DNA of 64,000 bases from Macrostomum lignano (taxonomy: Eukaryota). This document shows, piece by piece, positions 1 to 13,437 of the stretch (the first letter of the stretch is position 1; every line of letters starts with the position of its first letter). The translations under genes were made by a program, and so were the position numbers. The notes under the pieces are model-generated. The model had not been told where the DNA came from and made no database searches. It worked only from the letters and a program-made list of their open reading frames with translations. The stretch lies in the NCBI GenBank assembly GCA_002269645.1, contig NIVC01001995.1, positions 124,001 to 188,000 of the forward strand. The letters run 5' to 3'.

Positions 1-1740
1 ATGATTGTTTACATGACGCTTCTATGATTGTTTATATGACGCTTCTATGATTTTTTACATGACGCTTCTATGATTTTTTACATGACGCTTCTATGATTGT
101 TTACACGATGCTTCTATGATTTTTTACATGACGCTTCTATGATTTTTTACATGACGCTTCTATGATTATTTCATGACGCTTCTACGATTTCTGCAGGACG
201 CTTCAATGATTTTTACATGACGCTTCTATGATTTTTACATGACGCTTCTATGATTGTTTGCATGACGCTTCTATGATTGTTTATATGACGCTTCTATGCT
301 TTTTACATGACGCTTCTATGATTTTTTACATGACGCTACTATGATTTTTACATTACGCTTCTATGATTGTTTACATGACGCTTCCATGATTGTTTACATG
401 ACGCTTCTATGATTTTTTACATGACGCTTCTATGATTGTTTACATGACGCTTCTATGATTGTTTACATGACGCTTCTATGATTTTTAAATGACGTTTTTT
501 TGATTTTTATATGACGCCTCTATGATTTTTTAAATGACGCTTCTATGATTTTTATATTACGCTCTTACGATTTTTTACATGACTCTTCTATGATTTTTAC
601 ATGACGCTTTAATGATTTTTTCATGACGCTTCTACGATTTTTTACAAGAAGTTTCTATGATTGTTTACATGACGCTTCTATGATTGTTTGCATGACGCTT
701 CTATGATTGTTTACATGACGCTTCTATGATTTTTTACATGACACTTCTATGCTTTTTACATGATGCTTCCACGATTTTTTACATGACGCTTCTATGATTG
801 TTTGCATGACGCTTCTATGATTGTTTACATGACGCTTCTATGATTGTTTGCATGACACTTCTATGATTTTTTACATGACGCTTCTATGATTTTTTACATG
901 ACACTTCTATGCTTTTTACATGATGCTTCCACGATTTTTTACATGACGCTTCTATGATTGTTTACATGACGCTTCTATGATTGTTTGCATGACGCTTCTA
1001 TGATTGTTTACATGACGCTTCTATGATTTTTACATGACACTTCTATGCTTTTTACATGATGCTTCCACGATTTTTTACATGACGCTTCTATGATTGTTTA
1101 CATGACGCTTCTATGATTTTTTACATGACACTTCTATGCTTTTTACATGATGCTTCCACGATTTTTTACATGACACTTCTATGATTTTTTAAATGACGCT
1201 TCTACGATTTTTTACATGACGCTTTTATGATGTTTTAGATGACGCTTCTATGATTTTTTACATGACGCTTCTATGATTTTTAAATGACGCTTCTATGATT
1301 GTTTACACGATGCTTCTATGATTTTTTACATGACGCTTCTATGATTTTTTACATGACGCTTCTATGATTTTTACATGACGCTTCTATGATTTTTACATGA
1401 CGCTTCTATGATTGTTTACATGACGCTTCTATGATTGTTTATATGACGCTTCTATGATTTTTTACATGACGCTTCTATGATTTTTTACATGACGCTTCTA
1501 TGATTTTTTACATGACGCTTCTATGATTGTTTACATGACGCTTCTATGATTTTTTACATGACGCTTCTATGATTGTTTACATGACGCTTCTATGATTGTT
1601 TACATGACGCTTCTATGATTTTTTACATGACGCTTCTATGCTTTTTACATGATGCTTCCACGATTTTTTACATGACACTTCCACGATTTTTTACATGACG
1701 CTTCTATGATTTTTTACATGACGCTTTTATGATTTTTTTA
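1..1740. repeat. 22-23-bp satellite array (ATGATTTTTTACATGACGCTTCT variants)
   Basis: Uninterrupted tandem copies read directly, about 75 copies by length. Confidence 0.97.
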
Positions 1741-2346
1741 GTTTTCTTGGCGTTAAAAAGCTTTAATTAAAAAAACTCTACTCTCTAAAAATTCGAACCA
1801 TCGTTTCTGCATTTAGCAGTTCAGTCTGTTTACCTCTAGGCTAGCTCTCATCGTTTTGATAACATGAATTCAGCACTTATAATTATAAGTTTCAAAACTC
1901 CAAGCATAGAGTAAATCACACGAGGCAGTTATTACATAATCAATTTCTCAGTCAGTCAGTATCAGTTAACAATATTGTTGCGCAATCTAAATCAAGTCTG
2001 CAGTGCTACGCTTCCACACTGCATTTTCAATACTGTGACGCAATTCAAGTCGGAGTTACAATTCAGTTATGATGTAATCTATTTCAGAATCAGAATTCAA
2101 CCAGTCAGTTTTTTCTCTAGCATTCTTACAATGCATTTCAAGTCGAAAAGTTTGCTTGACCTTTGCAAAAAAGCATGTTTTTCGAATATTTAATCGCTTT
2201 AACATGGAGCAATTTCTTAGCCAAGATGCATGTACCGTCCCAGGAAAATTTCTGATCGAACAGTGCAAGTTGGAAGAAAATCGGTCCAGCCATTTTTTCT
2301 CTAATCGATTGCGTACAAACAAACAACTCATTTTTAGTATATAGGA
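1..2346 (-). mobile_element. Non-autonomous Helitron unit 0 (partial; runs off the window start)
   Basis: Minus-strand 5' end TCCTATATACTAAAAATGAG at 2346. The ~600-bp region 1740-2346 is homologous to 10000-10590, 11950-12532 and 15150-15745. Confidence 0.75.
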
Positions 2347-2496
2347 CTAGCAATCTTCGCCCCCCGATGGGGGACATCTGGATAGAATCTCTGTTCTCTA
2401 CAATTAACAAAAAGACAGCCAAAAAATCCTTCACAAAGACAACAGACAAACTGCTCAAATGAAGTGAATTGCAATAAGAAATCTTCCCAAGACCAC

Positions 2497-3070
2497 AAGC
2501 ATCCCCCAGATAGCAAGCATCCTCCAGATAGCAAGCATTCTCCCAGATAGCAAGCATTTCCCAGATAGCAAGCATCCCCAAGATAGCAAGCATCCTCCAG
2601 ATAGCAAGCATCCCCAGATAGCAAGCATCCCCCAGATAGCAAGCATCCCCCAGATAGCAAACATCCCCCAGATAGCAAGCATTCCCCAGATAGCAAGCAT
2701 TCCGCAGATAGCAAGCATCCCCCAGATAGCAAGCATCCCCAAGATAGCAAGCATCCCTCAGATAGCAAGCATACCCCAAGATAGCAAGCATCCCTCAGAT
2801 AGCAAGCATACCCCAGATAGCAAGCATCCCCCAGATAGCAAGCATCACTCAGATAGCAAGCATCCCTCAGATAGCAAGCATCCACCAGATAGCAAGCATC
2901 CCCCAGATAGCAAACATCCCCCAGATAGCAAGCATCCCCCAGATAGCAAGCATTCCCCAGATAGCAAGCATTCCCCAGATAGCAAGCATCCCCCAGAAAG
3001 CAAGCATCCTCCAAATAGCAAGCATCCCCAAGATAGATAGCATCCCCAAATAGCAACCATCCACCAGACA
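2497..3070. repeat. 18-bp minisatellite (CAGATAGCAAGCATCCCC) in Helitron unit 1
   Basis: Tandem copies. The same unit occurs at 10735-10905 and 12678-13342. Confidence 0.97.
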
Positions 3071-3159
3071 ATAAGTAGCTAGAGCGACAATTTCCTTAGC
3101 TTTATAGTGGCTCCTTTAAATTGGCATGGCGCTTTATACCTTTACATTTGAAATTGGAT

Positions 3160-6100
3160 ATCTTGAATGTTTGACATGGTGGCTCTTTTATGTTTGACAT
3201 AGTGGCTCTTCTATGTTTGACATGGTGGCTCTTTTATGTTTGACATAGTGGCTCTTTTATGTTCGACATGGTGGCTCTTCTATGTTTGACATGGTGGCTT
3301 TTTTAGGTTTGACATGGTGGCTCTTTTATGTTTGACATGTTGACTTTTTTATGTTCGACACGGTGGCTTTTTAATGTTCGACATGGTGGCTCTTTTAGGT
3401 TTGAACCGGTGGCTCTTTAATGTTTGACATGGTGGCTCTTTAATGTTCGACATGGTGGCTCTTTTATGTTCGACATGGTGGCTCTTTAATGTTTGACATG
3501 GTGGCCCTTTAATGGTTAACATGGCGGCTCTTTAATTTTCGAAATGGTGGCTCCTTAATTTTCGAAATGGTGGCTGTTTTATGTTTGACATGGTGGCTCT
3601 TTAATGTTCGACATGGTGGCTCTTTAATGTTTGACATGGTGTCTGTTTTATGTTTGATATGGTGGCTCTTTAATGTTCGACATGGTGGCTCTTTAATGTT
3701 TGACATGGTAACTCTTTTATGTTTGATATGGTGGCTCTTTAATGTTCGACATGGTGGCTCTTTAATGTTCGACATGGTGGCTCTTTAATGTTCGACATGG
3801 TGGCTCTTTAATTTTTAACATGGTGACTCTTTTATGTTCGACATGGTGGCTCTTTTATGTTTGACATAGTGGCTCTTCTATGTTTGACATGGTGGCTCTT
3901 TAATGTTTGACATGGTGGCTCTATTATGTTTGACATGGTGGCTCTTCTATGTTTGACATGGTGGCTTTTTTAGGTTTGACATGGTGGCTCTTTTATGTTT
4001 GACATGTTGGCTTTTTAATGTTCGACATGGTGGCTTTTTAATGTTCGACATGGTGGCTCCTTTAGGTTTGAAATGGTGGCTCTTTAATATTTGACAAGGT
4101 GGCTCTTTAATGTTCGACATGGTGGCTCTTTTAGGTTTGAACCGGTGGCTCTTTAATGTTTGACATGGTGTCTGTTTTATGTTTGACATGGTGGCTCTTT
4201 AATGTTCGACATGGTGGCTCTTTAATGTTCGACATGGTGGCTCTTTAATTTTTAACATGGTGACTCTTTTATGTTCGACATGGTGGCTCCTTAAGGTTTG
4301 AAATATTGGCTCTTTAATGTTTAACATGGTGGCTTTTCTATGTTCGACATGGTGGCTTTTCTATGTTCGACATGGTGGCTCTTGTATGTTCGACATGGTG
4401 GCTCTTTTAATGGTCGACATGGTGGCTCTTTAATGTTCTTCATGTTGGCTCTTTTATGTTTGACATGGTGGCTTTTTTATGTTTGACATGGTGGCTCTTT
4501 TATGTTCTACATAGCTGCTCTTTTATGTTCGACATTGTGGCTCTTGTATGTTCGACAGGGTCGCTCTTTTAGGTTTGAAATGGTGGCTCTTTAATATTTG
4601 ACAAGGTGGCCCTTTAATGTTTAACATGGCGGCTCTTAAATTTTCGAAATGGTGGCTGTTTTATATTTGACATGGTGGCTCTTTAATGTTCGACATGGTG
4701 GCTCTTTAATGTTCTTAATGGTGTCTGTTTTATGTTTGACATGGTTGCTCTTTTATGTTCGACATGGTGGCTCTTTAATTTTTAACATGGTAACTCTTTT
4801 ATGTTTGATATGGTGGCTCTTTTATGTTCGACATGGTGGCTCTTGTATGTTCGACATGGTGGCTTCTTTAGGTTTGAAATGGTGGCTCTTTAATATTTGA
4901 CAAGGTGGCTCTTTAATGTTCGACATGGTGGCTTCTTTAGGTTTGAAATGGTGGCTCTTTAATATTTGACAAGGTGGCTCTTTAATGTTTGACATGGTGG
5001 CTCTTTAATGTTCGACATGGTGGCTCTTTAATGTTTGACATGGTAACTCTTTTATGTTTGATATGGTGGCTCTTTTATGTTCGACATGGTGGCTCTTTAA
5101 TGTTTGACATGGTGGCTCTTTAATGTTTGACATGGTAACTCTTTTATGTTTGATATGGTGGCTCTTTAATGTTCGACATGGTGGCTCTTGTATGTTCGAC
5201 ATGGTGGCTTCTTTAGGTTTGAAATGGTGGCTCTTTAATATTTGACAAGGTGGCTCTTTAATGTTTGACATGGTGGCTCTTTAATGTTTGACATGGTGGC
5301 TCTTTTAGGTTTGAAATGGTGGCTTTTTAATGTTTGACAATGTGGCTCTTTAATGTTTGACATGGTGGCTTTTTAATGTTCGACATGGTGGCTCTTTTAG
5401 GTTTGAACCGGTGGCTCTTTAATGTTTGACATGGTGGCTCTTTAATGTTTGACATGGTGTCTGTTTTATGTTTGACATGGTGGCTCTTTAATGTTCGACA
5501 TGGTGGCTCTTTTAGGTTTGAACCGGTGGCTCTTTAATGTTTGACATGGTGGCTCTTTAATGTTTGAAATGGTGGCTCTTTAATGTTCGACATGGTGGCT
5601 CTTTAATTTTTAACATGGTGACTCTTTTATGTTCGACATGGTGGCTCCTTTAGGTTTGAAATATTGGCTCTTTAATGTTTAACATGGTGGCTTTTCTATG
5701 TTCGACATGGTGGCTTTTCTATGTTCGACATGGTGGCTCTTGTATGTTCGACATGGTGGCTCTTTTATGTTCGACATGGTGGCTCTTGTATGTTCGACAG
5801 GGTCGCTCTTTTAGGTTTGAAATGGTGGCTCTTTAATATTTGACAAGGTGGCCCTTTAATGTTTAACATAGCGGCTCTTAAATTTTTGAAATGGTGGCTC
5901 CTTAATTTTCGAAATGGTGGCTGTTTTATATTTGACATGGTGGCTCTTTAATGTTCTTAATGGTGTCTGTTTTATGTTTGACATGGTGGCTCTTTAATTT
6001 TTAACATGGTGGCTCTTTTAGGTTTGAAACGGTGGCTCTTTAATGTTTGACATGGTGACTCTTTAATGTTTGACATGGTGGCTTTTCTATGTTCGACATG

Positions 6101-9100
6101 GTGGCTCTTGTATGTTCGACATGGTGGCTTCTTTAGGTTTGAAATGGTGGCTCTTTAATATTTGACAAGGTGGCTCTTTAATGTTCGACATGGTGGCTCT
6201 TTAATGTTTGACATGGTGGCTCTTTTAGGTTTGAAATGGTGGGTCTTTAATGCTTGACAATGTGGCTCTTTAATGTTTGACATGGTGGCTCTTTAATGTT
6301 CGACATGGTGGCTCTTTAATGTTTGACATGGTAACTCTTTTATGTTTAATATGGTGGCTCTTTTATGTTCGACATGGTGGCTCTTTAATGTTTGACATGG
6401 TGGCTATTGAATGTTTGACATGGTAACTATTTTAGGTTTGAAATGGTGGGTCTTTAATGCTTGACAATGTGGCTCTTTAATGTTTGACATGGTAACTCTT
6501 TTATGTTTGATATGGTGGCTCTTTTATGTTCGACATGGTGGCTCTTTAATATTTGACAAGGTGGCTCTTTAATGTTTGACATGGTGGCTCTTTAATGTTC
6601 GACATGGTGGCTCTTTAATGTTTGACATGGTAACTCTTTTATGTTTGATATGGTGGCTCTTTTATGTTCGACATGGTGGCTCTTTAATGTTTGACATGGT
6701 GGCTCTTTAATGTTTGACATGGTAACTCTTTTATGTTTGATATGGTGGCTCTTTTATGTTCGACATGGTGGCTCTTTAATGTTTGACATGGTGGCTCTTT
6801 AATGTTTGACATGGTAACTCTTTTATGTTTGATATGGTGGCTCTTTAATGTTTGACATGGTGGCTCTTTAATGTTTGACATGGTGGCTCTTTTAGGTTTG
6901 AAATGGTGGCTTTTTAATGTTTGACAATGTGGCTCTTTAATGTTTGACATGGTGGCTTTTTAATGTTCGACATGGTGGCTCTTTTAGGTTTGAACCGGTG
7001 GCTCTTTAATGTTTGACATGGTGGCTCTTTAATGTTTGACATGGTGTCTGTTTTATGTTTGACATGGTGGCTCTTTAATGTTCGACATGGTGGCTCTTTT
7101 AGGTTTGAACCGGTGGCTCTTTAATGTTTGACATGGTGGCTCTTTAATGTTTGAAATGGTGGCTCTTTAATGTTCGACATGGTGGCTCTTTAATTTTTAA
7201 CATGGTGACTCTTTTATGTTCGACATGGTGGCTCCTTTAGGTTTGAAATATTGGCTCTTTAATGTTTAACATGGTGGCTTTTCTATGTTCGACATGGTGG
7301 CTTTTCTATGTTCGACATGGTGGCTCTTGTATGTTCGACATGGTGGCTCCTTTAGGTTTGAAATATTGGCTCTTTAATGTTTAACATGGTGGCTTTTCTA
7401 TGTTCGACATGGTGGCTTTTCTATGTTCGACATGGTGGCTCTTGTATGTTCGACATGGTGGCTCTTTTATGTTCGACATGGTGGCTCTTGTATGTTCGAC
7501 AGGGTCGCTCTTTTAGGTTTGAAATGGTGGCTCTTTAATATTTGACAAGGTGGCCCTTTAATGTTTAACATAGCGGCTCTTAAATTTTTGAAATGGTGGC
7601 TCCTTAATTTTCGAAATGGTGGCTGTTTTATATTTGACATGGTGGCTCTTTAATGTTCTTAATGGTGTCTGTTTTATGTTTGACATGGTGGCTCTTTAAT
7701 TTTTAACATGGTGGCTCTTTTAGGTTTGAAACGGTGGCTCTTTAATGTTTGACATGGTGACTCTTTAATGTTTGACATGGTGGCTTTTCTATGTTCGACA
7801 TGGTGGCTCTTGTATGTTCGACATGGTGGCTTCTTTAGGTTTGAAATGGTGGCTCTTTAATATTTGACAAGGTGGCTCTTTAATGTTCGACATGGTGGCT
7901 CTTTAATGTTTGACATGGTGGCTCTTTTAGGTTTGAAATGGTGGGTCTTTAATGCTTGACAATGTGGCTCTTTAATGTTTGACATGGTGGCTCTTTAATG
8001 TTCGACATGGTGGCTCTTTAATGTTTGACATGGTAACTCTTTTATGTTTAATATGGTGGCTCTTTTATGTTCGACATGGTGGCTCTTTAATGTTTGACAT
8101 GGTGGCTATTGAATGTTTGACATGGTAACTATTTTAGGTTTGAAATGGTGGGTCTTTAATGCTTGACAATGTGGCTCTTTAATGTTTGACATGGTAACTC
8201 TTTTATGTTTGATATGGTGGCTCTTTTATGTTCGACATGGTGGCTCTTTAATATTTGACAAGGTGGCTCTTTAATGTTTGACATGGTGGCTCTTTAATGT
8301 TCGACATGGTGGCTCTTTAATGTTTGACATGGTAACTCTTTTATGTTTGATATGGTGGCTCTTTTATGTTCGACATGGTGGCTCTTTAATGTTTGACATG
8401 GTGGCTCTTTAATGTTTGACATGGTAACTCTTTTATGTTTGATATGGTGGCTCTTTAATGTTCGACATGGTGGCTCTTTTATGTTCGACATGGTGGCTTC
8501 TTTAGGTTTGAAATGGTGGCTCTTTAATATTTGACAAGGTGGCTCTTTAATGTTTGACATGGTGGCTCTTTAATGTTTGACATGGTGGCTCTTTTAGGTT
8601 TGAAATGGTGGCTTTTTAATGTTTGACAATGTGGCTCTTTAATGTTTGACATGGTGGCTTTTTAATGTTCGACATGGTGGCTCTTTTAGGTTTGAACCGG
8701 TGGCTCTTTAATGTTTGACATGGTGGCTCTTTAATGTTTGACATGGTGTCTGTTTTATGTTTGACATGGTGGCTCTTTAATGTTCGACATGGTGGCTCTT
8801 TTAGGTTTGAACCGGTGGCTCTTTAATGTTTGACATGGTGGCTCTTTAATGTTTGAAATGGTGGCTCTTTAATGTTCGACATGGTGGCTCTTTAATTTTT
8901 AACATGGTGACTCTTTTATGTTCGACATGGTGGCTCCTTTAGGTTTGAAATATTGGCTCTTTAATGTTTAACATGGTGGCTTTTCTATGTTCGACATGGT
9001 GGCTTTTCTATGTTCGACATGGTGGCTCTTGTATGTTCGACATGGTGGCTCTTTTATGTTCGACATGGTGGCTCTTGTATGTTCGACAGGGTCGCTCTTT

Positions 9101-9975
9101 TAGGTTTGAAATGGTGGCTCTTTAATATTTGACAAGGTGGCCCTTTAATGTTTAACATAGCGGCTCTTAAATTTTTGAAATGGTGGCTGTTTTATATTTG
9201 ACATGGTGGCTCTTTAATGTTCTTAATGGTGTCTGTTTTATGTTTGACATGGTGGCTCTTTAATTTTTAACATGGTGGCTCTTTTAGGTTTGAAACGGTG
9301 GCTCTTTAATGTTTGACATGGTGACTCTTTAATGTTTGACATGGTGGCTTTTCTATGTTCGACATGGTGGCTCTTGTATGTTCGACATGGTGGCTTCTTT
9401 AGGTTTGAAATGGTGGCTCTTTAATATTTGACAAGGTGGCTCTTTAATGTTCGACATGGTGGCTCTTTAATGTTTGACATGGTGGCTCTTTTAGGTTTGA
9501 AATGGTGGGTCTTTAATGCTTGACAATGTGGCTCTTTAATGTTTGACATGGTGGCTCTTTAATGTTCGACATGGTGGCTCTTTAATGTTTGACATGGTAA
9601 CTCTTTTATGTTTAATATGGTGGCTCTTTTATGTTCGACATGGTGGCTCTTTAATGTTTGACATGGTGGCTATTGAATGTTTGACATGGTAACTATTTTA
9701 GGTTTGAAATGGTGGGTCTTTAATGCTTGACAATGTGGCTCTTTAATGTTTGACATGGTAACTCTTTTATGTTTGATATGGTGGCTCTTTAATGTTTGAC
9801 ATGGTGGCTCTTCTATGTTCGACATGGTGGCTCTTCTATGTTCGACATGGTGGCTCTTTAATTTTTAACATGGTAACTCTTTTATGTTCGATATGGTGGC
9901 TCTTTTATGTTCGACATGGTGGTTCTTTAATGTTCGACATGGTGGCTCCTTTAGGTTTGACATGGTGGCTCTTCT
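3160..9975. repeat. 23-bp satellite (ATGTTTGACATGGTGGCTCTTTA) with a ~1.6-1.7-kb higher-order repeat
   Basis: Tandem copies. The rare variant gacagggtcgctc recurs at about 4554, 5796, 7498 and 9085, and near-identical ORFs start blocks at 5005, 6684 and 8294. Confidence 0.97.
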
Positions 9976-10050
9976 ATTGCGCTTTTTTTATGTTTAGCAG
10001 TTTTTTAGTTTTTAAGGTGTTTTAATAAAAAAATTATTTTGCGCTTCTAA

Positions 10051-10107
10051 GACTCGAACCCAGGTCGCTACATTAGCATTCCAGTCTGTTCGCATCAGGG
10101 CTATCTC
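10051..10107 (-). other. tRNA-derived (SINE-head-like) Pol III cassette inside Helitron unit 1
   Basis: Minus strand reads GATAGCCCTGATG (A-box-like) ... GGGTTCGAGTC (B-box), with a T-run shortly downstream. No intact cloverleaf is recognisable. Confidence 0.6.
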
Positions 10108-10590
10108 TTTTCAATTGGAGAACATGAATTGTGGCCCTTATAATTCAATTCTTACAGCAAGTCAATTGGAGTAAAAAGTTATGACATAATCAATTTCTCA
10201 GTCAGCCAGTATCAGTCTCACTTCGAGTTAGCAATATGGTTACGCAATTTCAATCAAGTCGTGTGTGCATTTCTTCGGCACTGTTTTCAACTTGTTGTGA
10301 TGCAATCTTTATCAGAATTGAAATTCAGTCAGTCAGTTTTTTCTCTAGCATTCTTACAATGCATTTCAAGTCGAAAATTTTGCTTGACCTTTGCAAAAAA
10401 GCGTGTTTTTCGAATATTTAATCCCTTTAACATTGAGCAATTTCTTAGCCAAGATGCATGTACTGTGCCAGGAAAATTTCTGATCGAATGATGCAAGTTT
10501 GAAGAAAATCGGTTGAGCCGTTTTTTCTGAAATCAATCGCATACCCATATACATACATACATACAGACAACTCATTTTTAGTATATAGGA

Positions 10591-12532
10591 CTAGCAATCT
10601 TCGCCCCCCGTTGGGGGACATCTGTATAGAACCTCTGTTCTTTACAAGTAACAAAAAGACAGCCAAATAGAGTCTTCACAAAGACAACAGAAAAACTGCT
10701 CAAATGAAGCACAATGCAAAAAGAAAACATCCCAAGACAGCAAGCATCCCCCCTCCCCCCCCAGATAGCAAGCACCCCCAGATAGCAAGCACCCCCAGAT
10801 AGCAAGCACCCCCAGATAGCAAGCACCCCCAGATAGCAAGCATCCCTCAGATAGCAAGCATCCAATTGATAGCAAGTATCTATCCTTAAATAGCAAGCAT
10901 CCACCAGACAAAAAGTATATAGTGCAACATTTCCTTAGCTTTCTAGGGGCTGCTTTATGATTGGCATGACGCTTCTTATTACGTTTGAAAATGTCTCTCC
11001 TGTGTTTGAAATGGTGGCTATTTTATTTTTGAATTCGTGGCTTTTTAATGTTTGGCATTGTGACTCTTTAATGTTCTACATGGTGGCTCTTTAATGTTTG
11101 ACATCGTGGCTCGTTAATGTTCGACATGGTGGCTCTTTAACGTTCGACATGGTGGCTCTTTAATGTTCGACATGGTGGCTCTTTACTGTTTAACATGGTG
11201 GCTCTTTAACGTTCGACATGGTGGCGCTTTAATGTTCGACATGGTGGCTCTTTACTGTTTGACATGGTGGCTCTCTAATGTTTGACATAGTGGCTCTTAA
11301 TTTTTTACTTGGTGGCTCTTTAATGTTTGACATGGTGGCTCTTTAATGTTTGACATGGTGGCTCTTTATTGTTCGAAATTGTGGCTCTTTAATGTTCTAC
11401 ATGGTGGCTCTTTAATGCTCTACATTGTGGCTCTTTAATGCTCTACATTGTGGCTCTTTAATGTTCTACATATTGTGGCTCTTTAATCTTCGACATGGTG
11501 GCTCTTTAATGTTTGACGTTGTGGCTCTTTAATGTTCGACATGGTGGCTCTTTAATGTTCTACATTGTGGCTCTTTACTGTTTGACATGGTGGCTCTCTA
11601 ATGTTTGACATAGTGGCTCTTAATTTTTTACTTGGTGGCTCTTTAATGTTTGACATGGTTGCTCCTTACTATATGACATGCTGGCTCTTTAATGTTTGAC
11701 ATGGAGTCACGTATGTGTTTGACATGGAGTCACGTATATATTTAGCATGGAGTCACGTAAATGCTTTACATGGTGGCTCTTTTATGTTTGACATGGAGTC
11801 ACGTATATGTTTGACATGTAGTCACATATATGTTTGACATGGTGGCTCTTTTATGCTTGACATGGTGGCTCTTTAATGTTCGACATGGTGGCTCTTTAAT
11901 GTTCAACATGGTGGCTCTTCTATGTTTGACATTGCGCTTCTTTTATGTTTCGCAGTTTTGTGTTTTTAATGTGCTTTAATAAAAAAATATTTTTGCACTA
12001 CTAAGATTCGAACCCAGGTCACTACATTAGCATCCCAGTCTGTTCGCATCTGGGCTATCTCTTTTCATTTGGAGAACATGAATTGTGGCCCTTATAATTC
12101 AATTCTTACAGCAAGTCAATTGGAGTAGAAAGTTATGACATAATCAATTTCTCAGTCAGCCAGAATCAGTCTCAATTCAAGTTAGCAATATGGTTACGCA
12201 ATTTCAATCAAGTCTTGTGTGCGTTTTTGTGGCACTGTTTTCACCTTGTTGTGATGCAATATTTATCAGAATTGAAATTCAGCCAGTCAGTTTTTTCTCT
12301 AGCATTCTTACAATGCATTCCAGGTCGAAAAAGCTGCTTGACCTTTGCAAAAAAGCATGTTTTTCGAATATTTAATCCCTTTAAAATTGAGCAATTTCTT
12401 AGCCAGGATGCATGTACCGTCCCAGGAAAATTTCTGATCGAATGGTGCAAGTTTGAAGAAAATCGGTTGAGCCATTTTTTCTGAAATCTATCGCATAGCT
12501 AGTTACAGACATTTCATTTTTAGTATATAGGA
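10591..12532 (-). mobile_element. Non-autonomous Helitron unit 2 (1.9 kb)
   Basis: Same termini, with junction tatagga|ctagc at 10590/10591 and 12532/12533. Short 18-mer array (10735-10905) and 23-mer array (11005-11935, with a gacatggagtcacg variant). Confidence 0.8.
12004..12061 (-). other. tRNA-derived Pol III cassette inside Helitron unit 2
   Basis: Minus strand reads GATAGCCCAGATG ... GACCTGGGTTCGAATC, with a T7 run about 20 nt downstream. Confidence 0.6.
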
Positions 12533-12677
12533 CTAGCAATCTTCGCCCCCCGATGGGGGACATCTGGATAGAATCTCTGTTCTCTACAAGTAACAAAAAA
12601 ACAGCCAAAAATCCTTCAAAAAGACAACAGACAAACTGCTCAAATGAAGTGCATTGCAAAAAGAAATCATCCCAAGA

Positions 12678-13342
12678 CCGCAAGCATCCCCCAGATAGCA
12701 AGCATCCCCCAGATAGCAAGCATCCCCAAGATAGCAAGCATCCCCAGATAGCAAGCATCCCCAAGATAGCAAGCATCCCCCAGATAGCAAGCGTCCCCCA
12801 GATAGCAAGCATCCCCCAGATAGCAAGCATCCCTCAGATAGCAAGCATCCCCCAGATTTCAAGCATCCCCCAGATAGCAAGCATCCCCCGGATAGCAAGC
12901 ATTCCCCAGAGAGCAAGCATTCCCCAGATAGCAAGCATCCCTCAGATAGCAAGCATACCCCAAATAGCAAGCATCCCTCAGATAGCAAGCATCCCTCAGA
13001 TAGCAAGCATCCCCCAGATAGCAAGCATCACTCAGATAGCAAGCATCCCTCAGATAGCAAGCATCCACCAGATAGCAAGCATCCCTCAGATAGCAAGCAT
13101 CCCCCAAATTGCAAGCATCGCCCAGATAGCAAGCATCCCCCAGAAAGCAAGCATCCTCCAAATAGCAAGCATCCCCCAGATAGCAAGCATCTCTCAGATA
13201 GCAAGCATCCCTCAGATAGCAAGCATCCACCAGATAGCAAGCATCCCTCAGATAGCAAGCATCCCCCAAATTGCAAGCATCGCCCAGATAGCAAGCATCC
13301 CCCAGAAGGCAAGCATCCCCCAAATAGCAACCATCCACCAGA
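12678..13342. repeat. 18-bp minisatellite in Helitron unit 3
   Basis: Tandem CAGATAGCAAGCATCCCC copies. Confidence 0.97.
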
Positions 13343-13437
13343 CAAAAAGTAGCTAGAGCGACAATTTCCTTAGCTTTATAGTGGCTCCTTTAAATTGGCA
13401 TGGCGCTTTATACCTTTACATTTGAAATTGTATATCT

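Larger units (their letters stand above)
2347..10590 (-). mobile_element. Non-autonomous Helitron unit 1 (8.2 kb, mostly satellite)
   Basis: Minus 5' end is TCCTATATAC at 10590. Minus 3' end is the hairpin CCCCC-ATC-GGGGG followed about 10 nt later by CTAG (plus strand ctagcaatcttcgccccccgatggggg from 2347). These are canonical Helitron termini. Confidence 0.8.

Noticed and set aside
2138-13356. Long ORFs such as QIASIP/DACYLG repeats (up to 267 aa) and MSNIKEPP repeats
   Set aside because: They are by-products of stop-free 18-bp and 23-bp tandem repeats, open in several frames on both strands.
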